Source of the DNA: Oleispira sp.
Lineage (GTDB): Bacteria; Pseudomonadota; Gammaproteobacteria; Pseudomonadales; Oceanobacteraceae
DNA: 64,000 bases
Assembly: GCA_051275515.1 (NCBI GenBank)
Contig: JBNMOT010000004.1
Coordinates: forward strand, 1,589-65,588
Direction: 5' to 3'
The notes beneath the pieces are model-generated. The model searched no databases. It was not told where the DNA came from and saw nothing but the letters and a program-made list of their open reading frames with translations. The position numbers were made by a program, and so were the translations under genes. How positions within the stretch are numbered: the first letter of the stretch is position 1; each line of letters opens with the position of its first letter. Below are positions 33,950 to 44,306 of the stretch, one piece after another.

Positions 33950-35293
33950 TTATTTCGGGGCAAGATGACGGGTATTAAGCGCAGTCATCTTGCCCTCGTT
34001 CACTATGCGCACTTCTCTTTGAGGGAAAGGAATCTCAAAACCATTCTGCTGAAGTGCTTCTAAAATCATCAACATAAGATCACCACCGACTCGGTTCTTA
34101 CCATCGTCAATGCCTTCCATCCAAAACTCCACAAACATATTAATACCGGAGTCACCGAAGCTATCAATTTCACAATCGGGGCGTTCTTCAAGAGATACCT
34201 TATCACCACTGAATACTTGCGGGTGACTTGCAACCACCAGCTTAACAATTTCGACTAATTTTCGAATATCAGAATGATACGCCACCGAAAAATCCACTCG
34301 ATAGCGCTGATTCTTATCCTTATGAGTCCAGTTTATAAACGTGCCCACAATAAACTTTTCGTTGGGCACTACAATGTCTTTGCCATCAAAGGTTTCTAAG
34401 GTCGTCGCGCGCATGCTCAGCTGCCTAACAATGCCCTTACTACCATCTTCTAACTCAATAAAATCGCCAATGGAAACAGAGCGATCTAATAAAATAATAA
34501 ACCCGGATATAAAGTTCGAGGCAATGGCTTGCAACCCCAAACCAATACCCACACCAATAGCGCCACCAAAGACCGCTAGCGCGGTTAAATTAATGCCCAT
34601 GATCTGCAGCAGTAATAATGAGATTAAGGTAAACGTGCCGATCTCAAACAGTTTAGCCGCCACTTCTCGGGTACGAAGATCAAGCTTCTCTTGCTTACGA
34701 ATAATCTCACCACCGGTTTTATTCGTCGCCCGTCCTAACCAAAATAATAACGAGCCAAATATAGCAACCCTCACGATACCGTAAGCGGAAATATCAATAT
34801 TACCAACTGATAACGATATCGACTCTAATATTGCAATTAAACCCAGCAGTACATCCAACAAATGTAAAAACAGTAGCGGCATGCCAACCCATCTTAATAG
34901 AGTGGCCACAAACTGATTTTTGACAAAATCTCGAATAATAGCGTTGAATAGATACAAGATACCCAAGGTCAATGCCGTCTTTTGAATCCATAAGTTATTG
35001 GCTGCCTCACTGTTTACCTCAATCAATATTTTTATTATTAATATCGCTAATAGCGGTGCAATATAGTTGCCTAGTTTACTGATAATATTTTTTGGTAATG
35101 AAACAATACCCTCTGCTTGGATATTCGCATTGAAAAATGATACATATTTTCTAACCCTGTTAGAGACTAGGATTGAACATCCATAGACCGCTAAAATGAT
35201 ACCCAGCTGAATATAGGTATTCGGTTGAGAAAAAGTGACCTGTAGACTTGCGCCAAAGCCTTCGATTAACTGATGTAGATTATCTAATACCAC
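33950..35293 (-). CDS. MscS-family mechanosensitive channel
   Basis: GIGLGLQ..SNFISG, IVVPN, IPFPQR. Confidence 0.92.
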   Translation of the reverse strand: MVLDNLHQLIEGFGASLQVTFSQPNTYIQLGIILAVYGCSILVSNRVRKYVSFFNANIQAEGIVSLPKNIISKLGNYIAPLLAILIIKILIEVNSEAANNLWIQKTALTLGILYLFNAIIRDFVKNQFVATLLRWVGMPLLFLHLLDVLLGLIAILESISLSVGNIDISAYGIVRVAIFGSLLFWLGRATNKTGGEIIRKQEKLDLRTREVAAKLFEIGTFTLISLLLLQIMGINLTALAVFGGAIGVGIGLGLQAIASNFISGFIILLDRSVSIGDFIELEDGSKGIVRQLSMRATTLETFDGKDIVVPNEKFIVGTFINWTHKDKNQRYRVDFSVAYHSDIRKLVEIVKLVVASHPQVFSGDKVSLEERPDCEIDSFGDSGINMFVEFWMEGIDDGKNRVGGDLMLMILEALQQNGFEIPFPQREVRIVNEGKMTALNTRHLAPK

Positions 35294-35362
35294 TGCGGTA
35301 ACCTTTTAATTAGCTTTATTTTCTGAAGATAAAAACTCATAAACCCTGCTACCCAGCTTACC

Positions 35363-35908
35363 TTAATCACTTTCAAGCAAGGGAATACGATCGGTATTTT
35401 TCTTAGTGGCCACTTTAATCAGATCGAGCATTTTCTTACGGATCGTCTGCAAATTTCTCGACTTCACCGCCGCCGCTAATGGCTCATTAAGCGACAATCC
35501 ATAACTAAGAAATCCCTTCTTAGTCGGAATCGACATCGACATAGGAATACCCTGCGCAATACCACCGCCAATCAGTTCAAGCGCACGGTCGCTGGTCATC
35601 ACTTTTTTAGGACTCTGTATCGGCTGAAAAATAATACCGTTTTCATCCGAGCGTAATAAAATGCCCGAACGGTCAGGTCGCCAGTCATCACCCAACTGGC
35701 CCATAAAGCGCCAAGCACAATGCCAGTCTTGGCAAACCGAAGGTCGAGTGGAATAGATCTTACAGCCGCCCTTGTCAATCAAATTGGAACAGACTTTATC
35801 CGCCGGCTTTTTAAAATTTTCGTCATCTATCAACAGCACGACACAACACGCGGTACATTCGCCACACTCTCTACCGGGCACTAAATGTGATTCTTGGTTT
35901 TCGCTCAA
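35363..35908 (-). CDS. YkgJ-like cysteine-cluster protein
   Basis: CGECTACC...C...CKIY..RP..C...C.W. Confidence 0.75.
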   Translation of the reverse strand: MSENQESHLVPGRECGECTACCVVLLIDDENFKKPADKVCSNLIDKGGCKIYSTRPSVCQDWHCAWRFMGQLGDDWRPDRSGILLRSDENGIIFQPIQSPKKVMTSDRALELIGGGIAQGIPMSMSIPTKKGFLSYGLSLNEPLAAAVKSRNLQTIRKKMLDLIKVATKKNTDRIPLLESD

Positions 35909-36016
35909 TGTTTTTACCTAATGACTACAATTTAAAAAATGATAACGACCTCTCAGCTGCCCTCTACATTAGCGTATTTATGCCCCGCTAAGTTAGTAGA
36001 ATTAATCCTGACGTTT

Positions 36017-36556
36017 CTAAGCCGCTAGCAACCGTTCGACAATCACCTTTAGTATAAAAGTCTCTCTCTCAATCGACAGCCCTTTCTTATCACTATTGGC
36101 AATCACCTCTTCATTGTGGGCAATCGCCTGATGAATATTCATCCACCGCGGTACCATGCCGTTATTCACTTCATGGGGCTCAAAAGCCGTCTCACCCAAC
36201 TCATCATCGATCTCACATACATAACAATGGGAGATCATGTGAATAATATCCGCATCGGCTTTATACCACGGCCGGTATTCATCATAACGAGCAAAGGCCT
36301 CGACCTTACGCACCCCTTTCGCCCCCGTCTCTTCTTTAAGCTCGCGTATTAAGCCTGCGATTTCATCTTCCCCCTCATCAATGCCACCCCCAGGAAGGCT
36401 GTAGTCATGATAACGCTGGGTATAGAGCAGTAGAATATTCTCGCCCTTCAGCACAATCGCCCGCGCGGCGTGGCGCTCAATGAGTCTGAGTTCACTGGTT
36501 GCAGAAATATCGGCGGCGGAAACATCGGGATGGAAAGCAATTTTTAAACGTTGCAT
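36017..36556 (-). CDS. NUDIX hydrolase
   Basis: Nudix box GGGIDEGEDEIAGLIRELKEETG. Confidence 0.9.
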   Translation of the reverse strand: MQRLKIAFHPDVSAADISATSELRLIERHAARAIVLKGENILLLYTQRYHDYSLPGGGIDEGEDEIAGLIRELKEETGAKGVRKVEAFARYDEYRPWYKADADIIHMISHCYVCEIDDELGETAFEPHEVNNGMVPRWMNIHQAIAHNEEVIANSDKKGLSIERETFILKVIVERLLAA

Positions 36557-36665
36557 CAATAAAGACCTAGGGGTAAACAGTATGTAATCGTTCTACTTTT
36601 GGCGCGCGCTGATCTTACACTAATTTCGTCGACAGCTTCAGCATAACCCCCAGGCGATCGCCTAA

Positions 36666-37427
36666 TTAACCCGCCGCAATATTAAAAATCTCGCGCAACG
36701 TATAGGCGGTAATATAAGCCAATGAAGCGGCAGCCCCTCCCGTCAGCAAGGTCCGTATTCCTGATAGAAAAACAGGCTTTGCTAGCGCGAGGCTCTTCAG
36801 CATACCGATTAAAAAGAACATAGTACCCGCCAGAAAAGCACTCACTGCAAACTGTTGACTCATATCCAAAGAAGGCAGCGCATAAGCCAGTAGGGGTATT
36901 GTGCCAACCGTAACGAATGCTAGGTAAGTCACACCGCCAGACATCCAGGGATTGTTTGTGGTTCTGCTTAGGCCATGCTCTTCTACCAGCATAATCTCAA
37001 GCCATATCTTTTTATCTGCAGTGATGGTCTCGACGATTTTTTCAAGTAACTCACCCTCAAAGCCTTTGGCATTAAATATTTGCCTAACCTCTTCGCGTTC
37101 ACCCTCAGGAATTTCTTCAATGTGGCGTTCTTCTGAGCGTTTAATACTGTCAAAGTATTCCGCCTCAGCCTTACAAGATTCGTAATTGCTGATCGCCATG
37201 CTAAAGCCATCAGCCAGCAAGTTAGAGAAACCGAGTATCACCGCTACAGATGAGGGAAAACCGGCCCCCACTGAGCCCGAAACCACCGCAAATGTCGTGA
37301 TGCAGCCATCAATACCGCCTAATACCGCATCCGAAATATTTTGCCTTTTGGGGCCCTTAGATAAACGCTGACGAATCATTTCGGGATAATGATCTCGAAT
37401 CAGCGCCTCATTAGTTGAATCCTTCAT
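36666..37427 (-). CDS. VIT1/CCC1 family Fe/Mn transporter
   Basis: DAVLGGIDG, ADGFSMA, EELG-like EEHG, TM pattern. Confidence 0.9.
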   Translation of the reverse strand: MKDSTNEALIRDHYPEMIRQRLSKGPKRQNISDAVLGGIDGCITTFAVVSGSVGAGFPSSVAVILGFSNLLADGFSMAISNYESCKAEAEYFDSIKRSEERHIEEIPEGEREEVRQIFNAKGFEGELLEKIVETITADKKIWLEIMLVEEHGLSRTTNNPWMSGGVTYLAFVTVGTIPLLAYALPSLDMSQQFAVSAFLAGTMFFLIGMLKSLALAKPVFLSGIRTLLTGGAAASLAYITAYTLREIFNIAAG

Positions 37428-37490
37428 CCTTGAGTATCCCTCTTTCCTTAAACCATCGTCCTAACCTAAATAGTGCGCGCGCCAAATCGA

Positions 37491-37826
37491 TTATGTCGCC
37501 ACTGTAAAATAGTCTTTAATCCAGTCGTAAACCATGTCACTCGTCACATCAGTAGCAACGACTTCTTGATAATCATCACTGGGGTCTTGATCGATAAAGA
37601 TAAATTGATAACGCATAATGTCGGGATGTAAATCGTGCAGCACAATAAGAATGCGTTTATTGGTGACTAAGCAATCGATGGTTAACACATCGGCGGGAAT
37701 CCCCGTTTTTCGCATCCCTTGCATAACGCTAATAACGGGATTGATGTCTTTAAAGTCGAGCTGGATTTTTTCATGGGCTTGGCTGGCAATATCAGACAAG
37801 GATAACAAAGCGGGATTAGCATTCAT
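37491..37826 (-). CDS. hypothetical protein
   Basis: 111-aa ORF co-oriented with neighbours. Confidence 0.65.
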   Translation of the reverse strand: MNANPALLSLSDIASQAHEKIQLDFKDINPVISVMQGMRKTGIPADVLTIDCLVTNKRILIVLHDLHPDIMRYQFIFIDQDPSDDYQEVVATDVTSDMVYDWIKDYFTVAT

Positions 37827-37894
37827 GGGGCAATCTTCTTGGGTTCATTCTTCTTGGGGCCAGAGTTGAGTAAGGCGTAAAGTATCATAATTTT

Positions 37895-38092
37895 TTATAA
37901 CATATTTCGATAAGCATAAGTTCCAGACAGCAATATAACCACCACCGATCCTTTGACTATTAATAATATTTTATGTTCAGAGGTACCCTTCTTTCGCAGG
38001 TAAGGAGAAAGAAATCCATAACCAAAAGAAAAAGCGAAAACAGCAATCGCACCCATAGCGAAAATGCTATCGCTACTGCCATTAAAATTCAT
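37895..38092 (-). CDS. small 2-TM hypothetical protein
   Basis: 65 aa with two hydrophobic segments. Confidence 0.5.
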   Translation of the reverse strand: MNFNGSSDSIFAMGAIAVFAFSFGYGFLSPYLRKKGTSEHKILLIVKGSVVVILLSGTYAYRNML

Positions 38093-38125
38093 AGACCATT
38101 ACCTGCTGTTAAATTCATTGCCTGG

Positions 38126-38560
38126 TTATGCATAACCAGCCGCGTCTTTAAGGGGGAATTTACCGCGAACAAAAACACCATTACCGCGACCAATTTCTTT
38201 GCCGTCAGAATCATACACAACCGACTCCGCAATAAACTGAGAACGATTTTTATTCACAACCTTACCGACCGCCCGCATAGTGCCCGACGATACCGGCCGT
38301 GTAATATAAGTTGTGAACGAGGTGGTTAATACAAAAAATTCTTCTTCAAGAGAATTGGCCGCGAAAAATGCCGCATCATCTAGCATCTTAAAATAAACAC
38401 AACCATGCACACCCCCGGCAGAATGATGGAATTTTTTATCAAGTTGAATCTCTATCGTTGCTTCACCCTCTGAAATGTTCAGTACAGGGCTGTATATTTC
38501 ATTGACGGGTGCCGCCGCATACATACTAATGAGGCTGTCAAAATGAGCTTTATTTTCCAT
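38126..38560 (-). CDS. PaaI-family hot-dog thioesterase
   Basis: GGVHG..YFKMLDDA motif. Confidence 0.88.
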   Translation of the reverse strand: MENKAHFDSLISMYAAAPVNEIYSPVLNISEGEATIEIQLDKKFHHSAGGVHGCVYFKMLDDAAFFAANSLEEEFFVLTTSFTTYITRPVSSGTMRAVGKVVNKNRSQFIAESVVYDSDGKEIGRGNGVFVRGKFPLKDAAGYA

Positions 38561-39322
38561 ATTTAAGTACTACCTTATAATTTCATAACGCCAAGTTGTA
38601 GAGTAAAGCGAGACTAGTTACCCATATATAATTACATAACTCAATGTTTGCAGAGCCAGCGGCTAAAGCAATGCATGTTAATTTAGCGTTCGCATCCATT
38701 CCATCATCCGATTAACGCACGATAACCTAGCCTGCTTATCCATATTCACATCCTACGCGGCTGCTCTTTTATACGTCAGCCCAACAGGTCTTAGAAGGGT
38801 TTCCTTTTATTGTGAGAGGATAAAAAACGTTGGTATTTATCACGAATGATCTTAGAAATGGATAAAATAGAATTTAAAAATAAAAAAGTTTCTAAGCCGT
38901 AGTGAAAATGCGGTGCTCATCCAAGTGCTAATAGCGTTGATATCTTACTTATGGATTAAGTTGATAAAATTGACGATTTTTTTGAAGACTTCCCGTTAAG
39001 CATGGAGAACTGCCTGCACCAACAAGGACGACAGAGCTGCCCAGCAAACAACTCATACACCCGGATGTCATTGTCATCAACATGCCCATGGCTTCTGGAT
39101 AGCCAACCACATGCTGGTATAGGCTCAGCGTTGGCCTGCATGGCCGTGATCATTGCAAACACAATCGGCCCTGGCAGCAGAAAATTGGACTTGTATAAAA
39201 AGAACAACTTGCGCAGAGACTTTTGATTCCAGCCACGGGGGCTTCATCTAAGGCGTTAGCCACATGAACGCACTCCACTCTGCAAAACGCTGATCGGAAT
39301 ACGTGGCGAAGTCTTTATTACC
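38508..39322. repeat. long direct repeat, copy A (PaaI 5' end, intergenic region, lipase 3' remnant)
   Basis: Aligns by eye with 50486-51363 at high identity with indels. Confidence 0.93.
38996..39322 (-). pseudogene. class-3 lipase 3' remnant with deletions and frameshifts
   Basis: Colinear with the C-terminal part of the lipase at 50974-51996 (FLLPGPIVFAMITAM, DDNDI..YELFAGQL). Confidence 0.9.
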
Positions 39323-39467
39323 CAGCCCAAAAATATTGAGAAGCATGAAAATCGACAAAACTAACTATGATATACGCCCGCTGGAATCTCACCCGCACGT
39401 ACTTTAGAACTTCACTGCCTACAGTACCTGCTACCCCAATAATGAGAATGCTAGATTTATCGCTCAT
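39318..39467 (-). pseudogene. NmrA/SDR-like Rossmann protein 5' remnant
   Basis: AAGGAG RBS plus MSDKSSILIIGVAGTVGSEVL, then breaks down within about 50 codons. Confidence 0.6.
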
Positions 39468-39671
39468 ACGATCACTCCTTTACACGATGAAATCTGTAAC
39501 GAATTGTTAGCAAACGTTATTGAAATTAAATACTTAAACCTACAGACATAATTTTAATATTTTTTTGTTTGAGAAATACCACATCCTATATTTTTTACGT
39601 CTAAGCAAATAAATACTTCTCTACTATCATTTAATCAAGCCCATTGCTTAGTTTTCCCATGGAGATTCATT

Positions 39672-39833
39672 ATGCCAAGAAATTCAATACTATTTTTACT
39701 CTGCCTATTTAGCACAGGCTTACTCATGGGCTGTTCCTCTTCGACAGACACTGGCTCTGATAAAGTAATGAGCACTTCAGGTGAAGAATTAGTGCTACCT
39801 AGTCAATTAGAAGTTATTACCCGCCAGGATTAA
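39672..39833 (+). CDS. small lipoprotein (53 aa)
   Basis: GGAG RBS; MPRNSILFLLCLFSTGLLMGCSSSTDTGSDKVMSTSGEELVLPSQLEVITRQD with lipobox LMG-C; stop 4 bp before the next ATG. Confidence 0.75.
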   Translation: MPRNSILFLLCLFSTGLLMGCSSSTDTGSDKVMSTSGEELVLPSQLEVITRQD

Positions 39834-39837
39834 AACC

Positions 39838-42078
39838 ATGAGACAGATTAAATTTTTAAACCCCCGTTTATTAGCATTATCTATCGCGGGTTTAGCCGCT
39901 ACAGGCACCGCCTTCGCCATATTTGATGATGAAGGGACAGATTATAGAATAGCCCAACAACGCTTTCATCTTTGGAATGAAGCACTTCAACCCGTTGAAT
40001 TGGTAAACAGCATTTTATGTTTTACCAAGCAAATGCGGGCAGAAGCATTCATCAATGACGGCCCTTATATGGTGCTCGCCGATGAAAATGCCTGCTTTAA
40101 CGAAAACGGTGGTGAAGATTCCCAATCCAGCGGCTCATCAAATCAGCCAGCTTATACCAAAGCAATTATCACTTCAGAACGTGAAAATGATACTTCACCT
40201 TTAGTCGTAAGTGTTTGGCTACCTGAAATGGCTGGCGGTGATGGCGGCGAACAAGCGATAAAATTTAAAGCGGTTATCAGTGGTGGCGCTAGCGACGGAG
40301 ACCCTTTTGGTCAATTCAAATTTAATTATGGCTTCTATGACAATATAAGTGATGACATTGCCTTAGGTGGCGGTGAAGTAAAAACCATTGATGTCGATAA
40401 TAAAACTGGCTTCACCCTCTTCCAAGATGAAAATGATTTTTCACAATCTGCCTCAGTCGTTATGAATAGCGACCGAAGTGAAGGTATCGCTCTTACCTCT
40501 CAAAGCCATCAACAAGGCTCAGCCGCGTTTGCATTAGCGTTTAATGATAACAACATGCTATTACAAAAAGCCCAGACCTATGACGCACTAGGCTTTAATA
40601 ATGATGACCAAGGTGGACTTTGCTTTAGCCGTTCAGACATCATGGAAACAGTTCATCGTTATGATCTCTACAGCGCCACAACCGGTGAAATGGTTGAACT
40701 GAATTCAGGTTTCTCATTCAAGTATGACAGCAACAGTGATAGCGACAATGATAGCTATGGACATATTGGATACTGGGGAGTTTGGACTGAAGGTGACCAA
40801 GAACTCAGTAGTGGTACCGTCATTACTCTAGAGACTCACGGTAATGGAGAGCAGGCAGCTGAGGCTGAAACCTATACCGTAGTGAGTGCCCCAGGTAAGT
40901 TAGTTAAAAAGTCGCTTGAGACATTAAATTTGTCAGAAGCCTCTGGTATTTACTTCTCTTATTGGTCAGAAACGGCCCATCAAGACGGCTATAATGCTTG
41001 GATTGTACGCTACAAAACTGTCGCGGGCGATAGCGTTGGTAGTGACGGTTTCTACATTACTCACGGTCAGCGCTGGGGAGAAAACGGCGAAGAGCAAGTG
41101 GCAGTGACTGAAGAACTGGTTAGTCTTTCAACTAACGAAATACTGCACTTACACTCAAATCAACTCGGCGGACAAGTTCGCTATAAGCAAGGCGACTCTA
41201 GTTTCTCTTTCTTTAAAGAAAGCTTTATGACAGGTTCAGAGGATGCAACCGGTGAGCTATTCGCTGCAAACTCCGCCACACTTCATTGTTTCGATCGTTG
41301 CCCAATAGGTGAATTAGAGAGTTCTCATCTTAGCACTTGGGACGGACCTTTCTCAACCAACCCATCAACGATTAATGATGCTATTGAATACACCATTAGC
41401 AATGCAGGCAGTAACCCTCTTACGCTGATGCGCTCTAGCAATAGCGAAGCTGTGCAATACGCCAGCGACCTAAGCGAAGAGAGTCTGCAAGATACGCCTA
41501 ATGCCTGGGGTATTCAATCAGGTGCGATGGTTACCGAATCAGTTAAGGCTAACATGTCAAACACCTGGGACACCAATGATGCAAGCGTCGTCACTGAGTA
41601 CTATATCTGGGAAACAGGCCCTAATAACTGGAATAAAATGAGCACGGTAAAAGATAGCGTAGGGGACTACCTAACATTTGATAAGCCCATTCAAATAACC
41701 TATCGTCATACCGATGCAAAAGATAGAACCGGTGATGCTGGTGACTATGACAACCAAACCTTCATGCTGAATTACGGAGGCAATGGTGATTTATGGGGTA
41801 TTCCTTTTGAGCAAGACAATGATACCGGCCGCCATTCCTCAGCATTTAACCTAGCCGATGGTGCTTTATTAGGCTCTAACAATGAATACGTTGTTAAAGC
41901 CAGAGAGATTGAAGGAATGATGGCACAAGCTGAAGGCCAATGTTCAAGCTTAAGCATCGCCGAACCTGAAGTTCCTGTACCAAGTAGTATTACAGGCTCT
42001 GCAAATATCGGTGCTATGCCTACCGTAACGGATGCGCCTAAAGCTATTGGAGGTGTTCTTCAATCTGAAGAAGAATAA
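39838..42078 (+). CDS. large secreted acidic hypothetical protein (746 aa)
   Basis: Sec signal ending TAFA; D/S/G/E-rich; several Cys; no catalytic motif recognised. Confidence 0.8.
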   Translation: MRQIKFLNPRLLALSIAGLAATGTAFAIFDDEGTDYRIAQQRFHLWNEALQPVELVNSILCFTKQMRAEAFINDGPYMVLADENACFNENGGEDSQSSGSSNQPAYTKAIITSERENDTSPLVVSVWLPEMAGGDGGEQAIKFKAVISGGASDGDPFGQFKFNYGFYDNISDDIALGGGEVKTIDVDNKTGFTLFQDENDFSQSASVVMNSDRSEGIALTSQSHQQGSAAFALAFNDNNMLLQKAQTYDALGFNNDDQGGLCFSRSDIMETVHRYDLYSATTGEMVELNSGFSFKYDSNSDSDNDSYGHIGYWGVWTEGDQELSSGTVITLETHGNGEQAAEAETYTVVSAPGKLVKKSLETLNLSEASGIYFSYWSETAHQDGYNAWIVRYKTVAGDSVGSDGFYITHGQRWGENGEEQVAVTEELVSLSTNEILHLHSNQLGGQVRYKQGDSSFSFFKESFMTGSEDATGELFAANSATLHCFDRCPIGELESSHLSTWDGPFSTNPSTINDAIEYTISNAGSNPLTLMRSSNSEAVQYASDLSEESLQDTPNAWGIQSGAMVTESVKANMSNTWDTNDASVVTEYYIWETGPNNWNKMSTVKDSVGDYLTFDKPIQITYRHTDAKDRTGDAGDYDNQTFMLNYGGNGDLWGIPFEQDNDTGRHSSAFNLADGALLGSNNEYVVKAREIEGMMAQAEGQCSSLSIAEPEVPVPSSITGSANIGAMPTVTDAPKAIGGVLQSEEE

Positions 42079-42100
42079 TACCAACAGATAGGACCATAAT

Positions 42101-42134
42101 AAAAAGCTCTAGCCATGAACATGACTAGAGCTTT
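42101..42134 (+). terminator. intrinsic terminator
   Basis: AAAGCTCTAG.CATG-AA-CATG.CTAGAGCTTT hairpin after the 746-aa gene. Confidence 0.65.
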
Positions 42135-42169
42135 CTTACGCGGATTCAACTAACAAGTGCGACTCAACC

Positions 42170-42873
42170 TAACGGGGGATAAGCTGGCCCGTGCCCTTGA
42201 TATGGTTATTCCGAGTATCTAAATTCGACCATTCCACATTATCTTTTTCCTTCAGCGTTTTCTGGCTCGCGATAATCAAATAATGATCGACCCAAGAAGA
42301 TAGTGATTACATGCCCCGCACATTGAGAATTCCCTCCGTACAGCTGGGTGCCCCCGGTACTTGGGAAGGTGGCGTATACGGAATAATTTCTTTGATCGTG
42401 TCGACGCAATGAACATACGTCTCCGATTCCACCTTAGAACTGAGCTGACCCTAGTCAATAATCCCCCAAAAGAAAAAGGTTTCGGTAGCGGGTAAGCAGA
42501 ACATGCTTATTGAACGAAAATGAAGCAAACAAGGTCGGTGAATTATCGTAATAAAATTATCCGACATCAGCAGATAATGTTGCATCAGCAGAAGATTCAG
42601 CCACTAAACGATCGCCTAACTCTTTAAGTACCTTAACAAATAAACCACCTTCTTCTGCGGGTAGCTGAGCCTGAATATGCCACATGACATCATCATCTTG
42701 AAAATACGAGACCTTGCGTTGCTCTCTTTGATTTTCGTCATATTTTTTCTCAGAGGCATAACGGCTAGCTTTAAAAAGCGATAATTGGCGGCATTTATCT
42801 GGCCAGCAAGGGTGGTAATTTCATCGGCTAAAAGTTCGTTATCTTCAATATCGACAGTCAACATAAACGCCAC
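42170..42873 (-). pseudogene. DUF222/HNH endonuclease remnant
   Basis: LADEITTLAGQINAANYRFLKL is the typical N-terminus of this family; the rest is frameshifted and collapsed; left boundary approximate. Confidence 0.6.
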
Positions 42874-43149
42874 CCATTATTCTAAAATAGTGTTTAACTA
42901 CTGTATTAATTTTAGTGTCCAAGAGAGGAACATCTATAAATAAACTTTATTTGTAGAGTAAATACAGCTAAGAGAGACGCTATTATAATAAAAACACTTG
43001 TGAAAATTGATGAGAAAAATGATGTGGAAAACAGCTAACGCTAGAGCACTATTTTATTTGTCTACTTTCCTTTCAACTATTGTGGGTGCCCTACTTAACT
43101 GTTCTAATTGTTTTTAAAATCATTCACCGTATATCAACGAGGTAACACA

Positions 43150-43563
43150 ATGAAAGCAATATCGTTACTGCTACTAAGACTATCAACTGGTATCTATTTA
43201 ATATTATGGGGCTTCGTTAAATTGGGCGCTAAAGACGTCGCTATTGGCGTGTCCGATAAATACTACCATGGCCTGTTGAGTGCCGATATTGTGAACTACA
43301 GTGTGGGCACCATCGAGGTGGTGATTGGTTTATTGGTGGTACTGGGCTTGATGCGCAGCATTGCCTATATTGGCCAGCTGGGTTTTTATTTAGTCGGCGC
43401 GTTGGCGATTATGCCAAACTTACTAGACCCACTGGGTTTGTATTTGGTCGAGACAGCTAAGCTAACCTTCTTCCCTTCAACGACTTTATTGTTTGCATGT
43501 TTAATTCTCATCGCATTTAAATCAGATGACACATTATCCCTAGATGCGAAACGTAACGTATAA
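43150..43563 (+). CDS. DoxX-family membrane protein
   Basis: LLLRLSTG, IEVVIGLLVVLG, LSLD C-terminus. Confidence 0.78.
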   Translation: MKAISLLLLRLSTGIYLILWGFVKLGAKDVAIGVSDKYYHGLLSADIVNYSVGTIEVVIGLLVVLGLMRSIAYIGQLGFYLVGALAIMPNLLDPLGLYLVETAKLTFFPSTTLLFACLILIAFKSDDTLSLDAKRNV

Positions 43564-43586
43564 ATATTAAAAAGAAGACGAGACAA

Positions 43587-44066
43587 CTAGTGATGATGCT
43601 CTTTCTTTACTGGCACATTAGTAAAGGAAGGGAATCGATGTCTCGCATGTTCACTATGGCAACCAATGCATGACTCCAGCATTCTTGAGTAATAAAACCC
43701 CACAAGCTCTGTATGATTTTCTTTACTAACGTGCTCAAGCATCCCAGCATACTTATGGAACTTCTGGTCTTTTAGTATAAATTCTTTCGAGAGTTTTTTA
43801 TGCAGTTCATGTTTTTGTGACTTTGTTATTTTCTGTTTTAGTATATAGCTTTTACTGATTTTTCCAGCAATCTCAGAAACCTGTTCTAGGTCGCCTGAAA
43901 CAAACGCAGGTACCATTTTTTGCATGCCATCTTGAATCGCCATCATTTCTTGCTTAAGTAGTAGTCTCAACTCAGGCGATAAGCTTTCAACCCCATCTTC
44001 TGAATAACAGTTTAGTGAAGTCGATCCAATTAAAGTGACTAGCAGTGTACCAATTATTTTTTTCAT
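43587..44066 (-). CDS. exported class II (c'-like) cytochrome c
   Basis: Signal peptide, helical body, C-terminal CIGCH, HHH tail. Confidence 0.75.
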   Translation of the reverse strand: MKKIIGTLLVTLIGSTSLNCYSEDGVESLSPELRLLLKQEMMAIQDGMQKMVPAFVSGDLEQVSEIAGKISKSYILKQKITKSQKHELHKKLSKEFILKDQKFHKYAGMLEHVSKENHTELVGFYYSRMLESCIGCHSEHARHRFPSFTNVPVKKEHHH

Positions 44067-44306
44067 AACATCTCTCTATAATAGGAATATCCACACAGCA
44101 CGTATGACCGTAATGCAGCGTTTTTAATGTAAAAATGAGTACTGTGAATTCACCAAAAAGTCAGTGGGGAGATCGCAACTAGCCACATAAAAACGCCCTA
44201 CACACATAGCGAGCAACGCAATGATAGTAAGGCGTATTTTCAACAGCAATTAATGATTTACGATAAAATCATAATTAGTTCAAGGCTAAACTTACTTAAA
44301 AAAAAC

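Noticed and set aside
38956-39226. ORFs of 83 and 74 aa (and 50934-51143, 58535-58741, 61386-61598)
   Set aside because: Frames arising from pseudogene remnants or repeat elements, not independent genes
42899-42916. LexA box upstream of the HNH remnant (copy at about 56272)
   Set aside because: CTGT half is present but spacing and right half do not fit CTG-N10-CAG
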